Below are positions 54,125-56,747 of a stretch of 56,747 nucleotides of DNA, in pieces; position 1 is the stretch's first letter; each line of letters begins with the position of its first letter. The notes beneath the pieces are model-generated. The model made no database searches, had not been told where the DNA came from, and saw only the letters and a program-made list of their open reading frames with translations. Source of the stretch: Acidimicrobiia bacterium. GTDB taxonomy: Bacteria; Actinomycetota; Acidimicrobiia; Spongiisociales; UBA11373. A program made the position numbers and the translations under genes. The stretch spans positions 1 through 56,747 of the forward strand of contig JBBDMM010000014.1 in the NCBI GenBank assembly GCA_040878325.1. Reading direction: 5' to 3'.

Positions 54125-55029
54125 CGAGCATCTCCGGTGGGCCCCTCGTAGCCGAGCCGCCGAGCCAGCGCACCGGCGGTAACCTCGATCCCGGCGCGCT
54201 CCGCCTCCGACAGTGGCGCTTGCGCGACTCCGTCGTCGTTGCTCTTCCCTGGCTTGCGGGCGAGCTTCACCCGCAGCACCTTCCGGTCGATCGAGGCCCC
54301 GATGAGCCGCTCGATACGGTCCAAACCAGTGCCGGTACTGAAGTCCTCGTACCCGATGACCTCACCACCCAGCCGGGGCGACCATTCGAGGAACGACTCG
54401 GTGAGGGTCTGCCACATCGCCCCGAAGTCCTCGGCGGTGGTGACCTGGACATCCGGCCACCGCCACCACCACGACCCCATCTTGGGTCGAAGGTCGTGGA
54501 AGACCCGATACGACAGAAAGGCGTCGTAGGGGTTGCGGTGCACGAAGACGAACCGGGCGTCGGGGAAGAGTCGTTGGAGGTAGTAGGCATGCTCGCCGTC
54601 GAGTCGCACCTCCTTGAGGCCCCACCGGCCGAACCCCGCTTCATGAGCCGGGGTGGCAAACAGCCGATCGAACAGGGCGCGGTGGGCCGCCAGCAGGTGC
54701 TCCGGATGCGGATACGCCTTGGCGGTCCAATCCCCCGGGTCAGGCGCACTGTCGACGATCGAATCCTTCGGGGGCCAGCGGTCACCGGCGGGGCGCAACG
54801 AGTCGGCCATCCGATCGACGAGGCCCGCGAGATCGTACGGCTCACCCCACATCAGGATCTCGTTGGAGGAGGCGACCAGGCGCTGCATCAGAGTGGAGCC
54901 CGAGCGCCAGCCGCTGGCGAGGACGAACACCGGGCCGTCGGCCTCGGGGAGGGGTGCGAGGCCGAACCGCTCATCGAGCGATTGAATCGCCCCCGCAATC
55001 GTCGGTTTCGTCACAAACCCCCCGAACAT
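54121..55029 (-). CDS. Sulfotransferase family protein
   Basis: 5'-PSB-like VFVLASGWRSGSTLMQR, WGLKEVR, 3'-PB-like FPDARFVFVHRNPYDAFLS, YEDF. Confidence 0.85.
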   Translation of the reverse strand: MFGGFVTKPTIAGAIQSLDERFGLAPLPEADGPVFVLASGWRSGSTLMQRLVASSNEILMWGEPYDLAGLVDRMADSLRPAGDRWPPKDSIVDSAPDPGDWTAKAYPHPEHLLAAHRALFDRLFATPAHEAGFGRWGLKEVRLDGEHAYYLQRLFPDARFVFVHRNPYDAFLSYRVFHDLRPKMGSWWWRWPDVQVTTAEDFGAMWQTLTESFLEWSPRLGGEVIGYEDFSTGTGLDRIERLIGASIDRKVLRVKLARKPGKSNDDGVAQAPLSEAERAGIEVTAGALARRLGYEGPTGDAR

Positions 55030-55084
55030 GAGAGCACGGCGCGGCTGTCGATGATATCCCCGGGCTGCCTAGCCGGCCGGGGGC

Positions 55085-56590
55085 TCAGTCACACGGGTCG
55101 AGGGCCAGTTCCACCCCGGTGTTGTCGGCGGTGCTGAAAGAGAGATCGTCGTCGCCCGGCCCCCCGTCTGCGGTGTCGAAAGCACCGTCGTCGCAGTTAC
55201 CGAAGAAGGTGTCGTCTCCGGCGTCGCCCGACATCGCGTCGATGGCGTCGTCGGAAACGTCGAATCCCCCGGGACCACTGGGGTGATTCCCGTACAAGAG
55301 GTCGTGTCCCGTGCCCCCGGCCAGGGTGTCGGCGCCTTCGCCTCCATGGAGTTCGTCGTTCCCTTCACCGCCATCGAGGTCGTCGGGGCCGGCACCCCCC
55401 GCGAGGAAATCGATTCCGGCGCCGCCCAGGAGGGTGTCTCCGGCGTCTCCGGCCTCGAGCGAGTCACCGCCGTCGTCACCGGACATCATCGAAGGGTTCT
55501 CACCGCCAACGAGCAAGTCGTTGCCGGGCCCGCCGTAGCCCGCGTGGCCGACGCCCTGGCCGATGACGATCGCATCGTGGCCCTCGCCTCCGAGGAACGA
55601 GTGTCCCTCCCCCGTTCCACCGCTGAGGGTGTCCACCCCCTTGCCCCCGTAGACCGTGTGCGAAGGACCTGACCCCGAGGCGAGCAGGTCGGCGTCCCGG
55701 CCTCCGTTGAGCAGATGAACGGATCCCTCGCCGCCCGTCAGCGTGTCGTCATCGTCACCGCCGTAGAGCCCCTGGCCCGCGCCGGAACCGCCGGTGAGGG
55801 TGTCGTCGCCTCGACCACCAAACAGCCGCTGCGAGGCCCCGATGCCCCCGCCGAGCGTGTCATCGCCCCTGTTGCCGACCAGAAGCTGACTCGCCCCGGA
55901 TCCGGCAAGCAGGTCGTCGTCCCCTGCGTTTCCGTACAGGCTCTGGCCGGCACCCGCACCACCCAGCACCACATCGGCAGCGTCGCCCCCGCGCAGCTCC
56001 TGCGCGGCGCCACTCCCCCCGAGAACCGTGTCGTCGTCTTGCCCGCCCCGACCCAGCGCGCCAGTGCCGTCACCCAACACCAGGGTGTCGCGACCCCGCC
56101 CGCCCCCGAGTAGCGCTCCCTCCGAGGAGGGTGCGTCGGTCGCCGTGCCGGCAACCACCAGATCGTGGCCTCGGTTCCCAAACAGCCGGTCGCCACCGAC
56201 ACCGGTGTCCGGGTCGAAGTCGGACATCGAGCCCATCCCGAAAACGCGATCGCTCCCCTGCTTACCCCAGATCTCGTCGTCGCCGGTCGTCCCGCAGATC
56301 ACATCGCCGAAGTCCGAGCCGAAGATCAGGACGCCGACGGCCCCCCCGGGGAACATCCCGTCCCAGAACACCACCCGGCCACCGCCGGCGCTGCCGAGAT
56401 CGAGCAGCATCAACCCCGACACCGGGTCGACCGGGCTGCCGTCGCCGTACAGAACATGGGTCGGGTCACCGGAGTCGTAGGCGATTTCGTCGCAGAATGG
56501 ACCGAAGCCCGCTCCGGCCGGTGTCGCCGTGAGAAGGCCGAGAACCAGAGCCACCAGCGCTGGAATCGAGATCTTCTGAGTGAGAGTCAC
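55085..56590 (-). CDS. Secreted RTX-type calcium-binding repeat protein
   Basis: Signal peptide, then almost entirely GGxGxDxL-type repeats; TACTCT 6 nt before GTG 56590. Confidence 0.85.
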   Translation of the reverse strand: MTLTQKISIPALVALVLGLLTATPAGAGFGPFCDEIAYDSGDPTHVLYGDGSPVDPVSGLMLLDLGSAGGGRVVFWDGMFPGGAVGVLIFGSDFGDVICGTTGDDEIWGKQGSDRVFGMGSMSDFDPDTGVGGDRLFGNRGHDLVVAGTATDAPSSEGALLGGGRGRDTLVLGDGTGALGRGGQDDDTVLGGSGAAQELRGGDAADVVLGGAGAGQSLYGNAGDDDLLAGSGASQLLVGNRGDDTLGGGIGASQRLFGGRGDDTLTGGSGAGQGLYGGDDDDTLTGGEGSVHLLNGGRDADLLASGSGPSHTVYGGKGVDTLSGGTGEGHSFLGGEGHDAIVIGQGVGHAGYGGPGNDLLVGGENPSMMSGDDGGDSLEAGDAGDTLLGGAGIDFLAGGAGPDDLDGGEGNDELHGGEGADTLAGGTGHDLLYGNHPSGPGGFDVSDDAIDAMSGDAGDDTFFGNCDDGAFDTADGGPGDDDLSFSTADNTGVELALDPCD

Positions 56591-56644
56591 CAAGCCAGAG
56601 TACGCCACCCCTGGAGAGAAGGTTGTGGGGGCAGGTTGCCCGCC

Positions 56645-56747
56645 TCTTCGGATTCCGGGCTTCCGCCCGGGATCCGATTTCCCAGAGGCCAAGTGGTTGG
56701 AGTGCTCGCTGTCTCCGCTGCCCCCTCCGTCTGCCGGGCGAACGCCC
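56645..56747 (-). repeat. Partial copy of the multi-hairpin repeat family, truncated by the window end
   Basis: The reverse complement GCCCGGCAGACGGAGGGGGCAG.GGAGACAGCGAGCACTC...GCCTCTGG...CGGATCCCGGGC-ggaa-GCCCGGAATCCGAAGA is colinear with 1-99, 31419-31508 and 51650-51742. Confidence 0.85.

Noticed and set aside
1..56747. Whole window as one transposon or linear element with terminal inverted repeats
   Set aside because: The terminal sequence is a dispersed repeat also found internally, the content is ordinary chromosomal genes, and no transposase, integrase or replication gene is present.

Overview
High-GC bacterial chromosomal segment, most likely Actinomycetota and plausibly Acidimicrobiia. 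This is inferred from the monoderm-type Tad locus, the Ppm1-like enzyme and many apparent leaderless TANNNT promoters; no marker gene is present. Left to right: DCC-family oxidoreductase; a Tad/Flp pilus operon; a CHASE histidine kinase; ECF sigma/anti-sigma-like pair 1; a TolB-like propeller protein; a more AT-rich three-gene insert (Ig-like membrane protein, metzincin, HEAT-like protein); an orphan DNA methyltransferase; a small Zn-ribbon protein; a FadF/Hdr-like Fe-S oxidoreductase; a GT-A/GT-C/methyltransferase glycosylation cluster; pspA plus a partner gene; a sugar dehydrogenase, proline dehydrogenase and proC; a lipoprotein; an iodotyrosine-deiodinase-like nitroreductase; ECF pair 2 with a large Ig/SdrD-type partner; four secreted RTX-tailed proteins flanking an rmlCBAD/glycosyltransferase/sulfotransferase locus; and a DUF559-like nuclease gene inside that locus. 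Main candidate novelties: (1) a family of multi-hairpin palindromic repeats with compensatory changes that flanks the DUF559 gene, recurs without it at several intergenic sites and occupies both window ends, together with associated 7-nt tandem tracts; (2) a possible RTX-tail surface-anchoring system with an unusual 9+10 residue repeat and a shared cap module; (3) a Flp pilin gene nested inside the leader of a TadE-like ORF; (4) a shared candidate ECF promoter upstream of both anti-sigma-like genes. No rRNA, tRNA or CRISPR array was seen. All calls come from reading motifs by eye; no database search was run.
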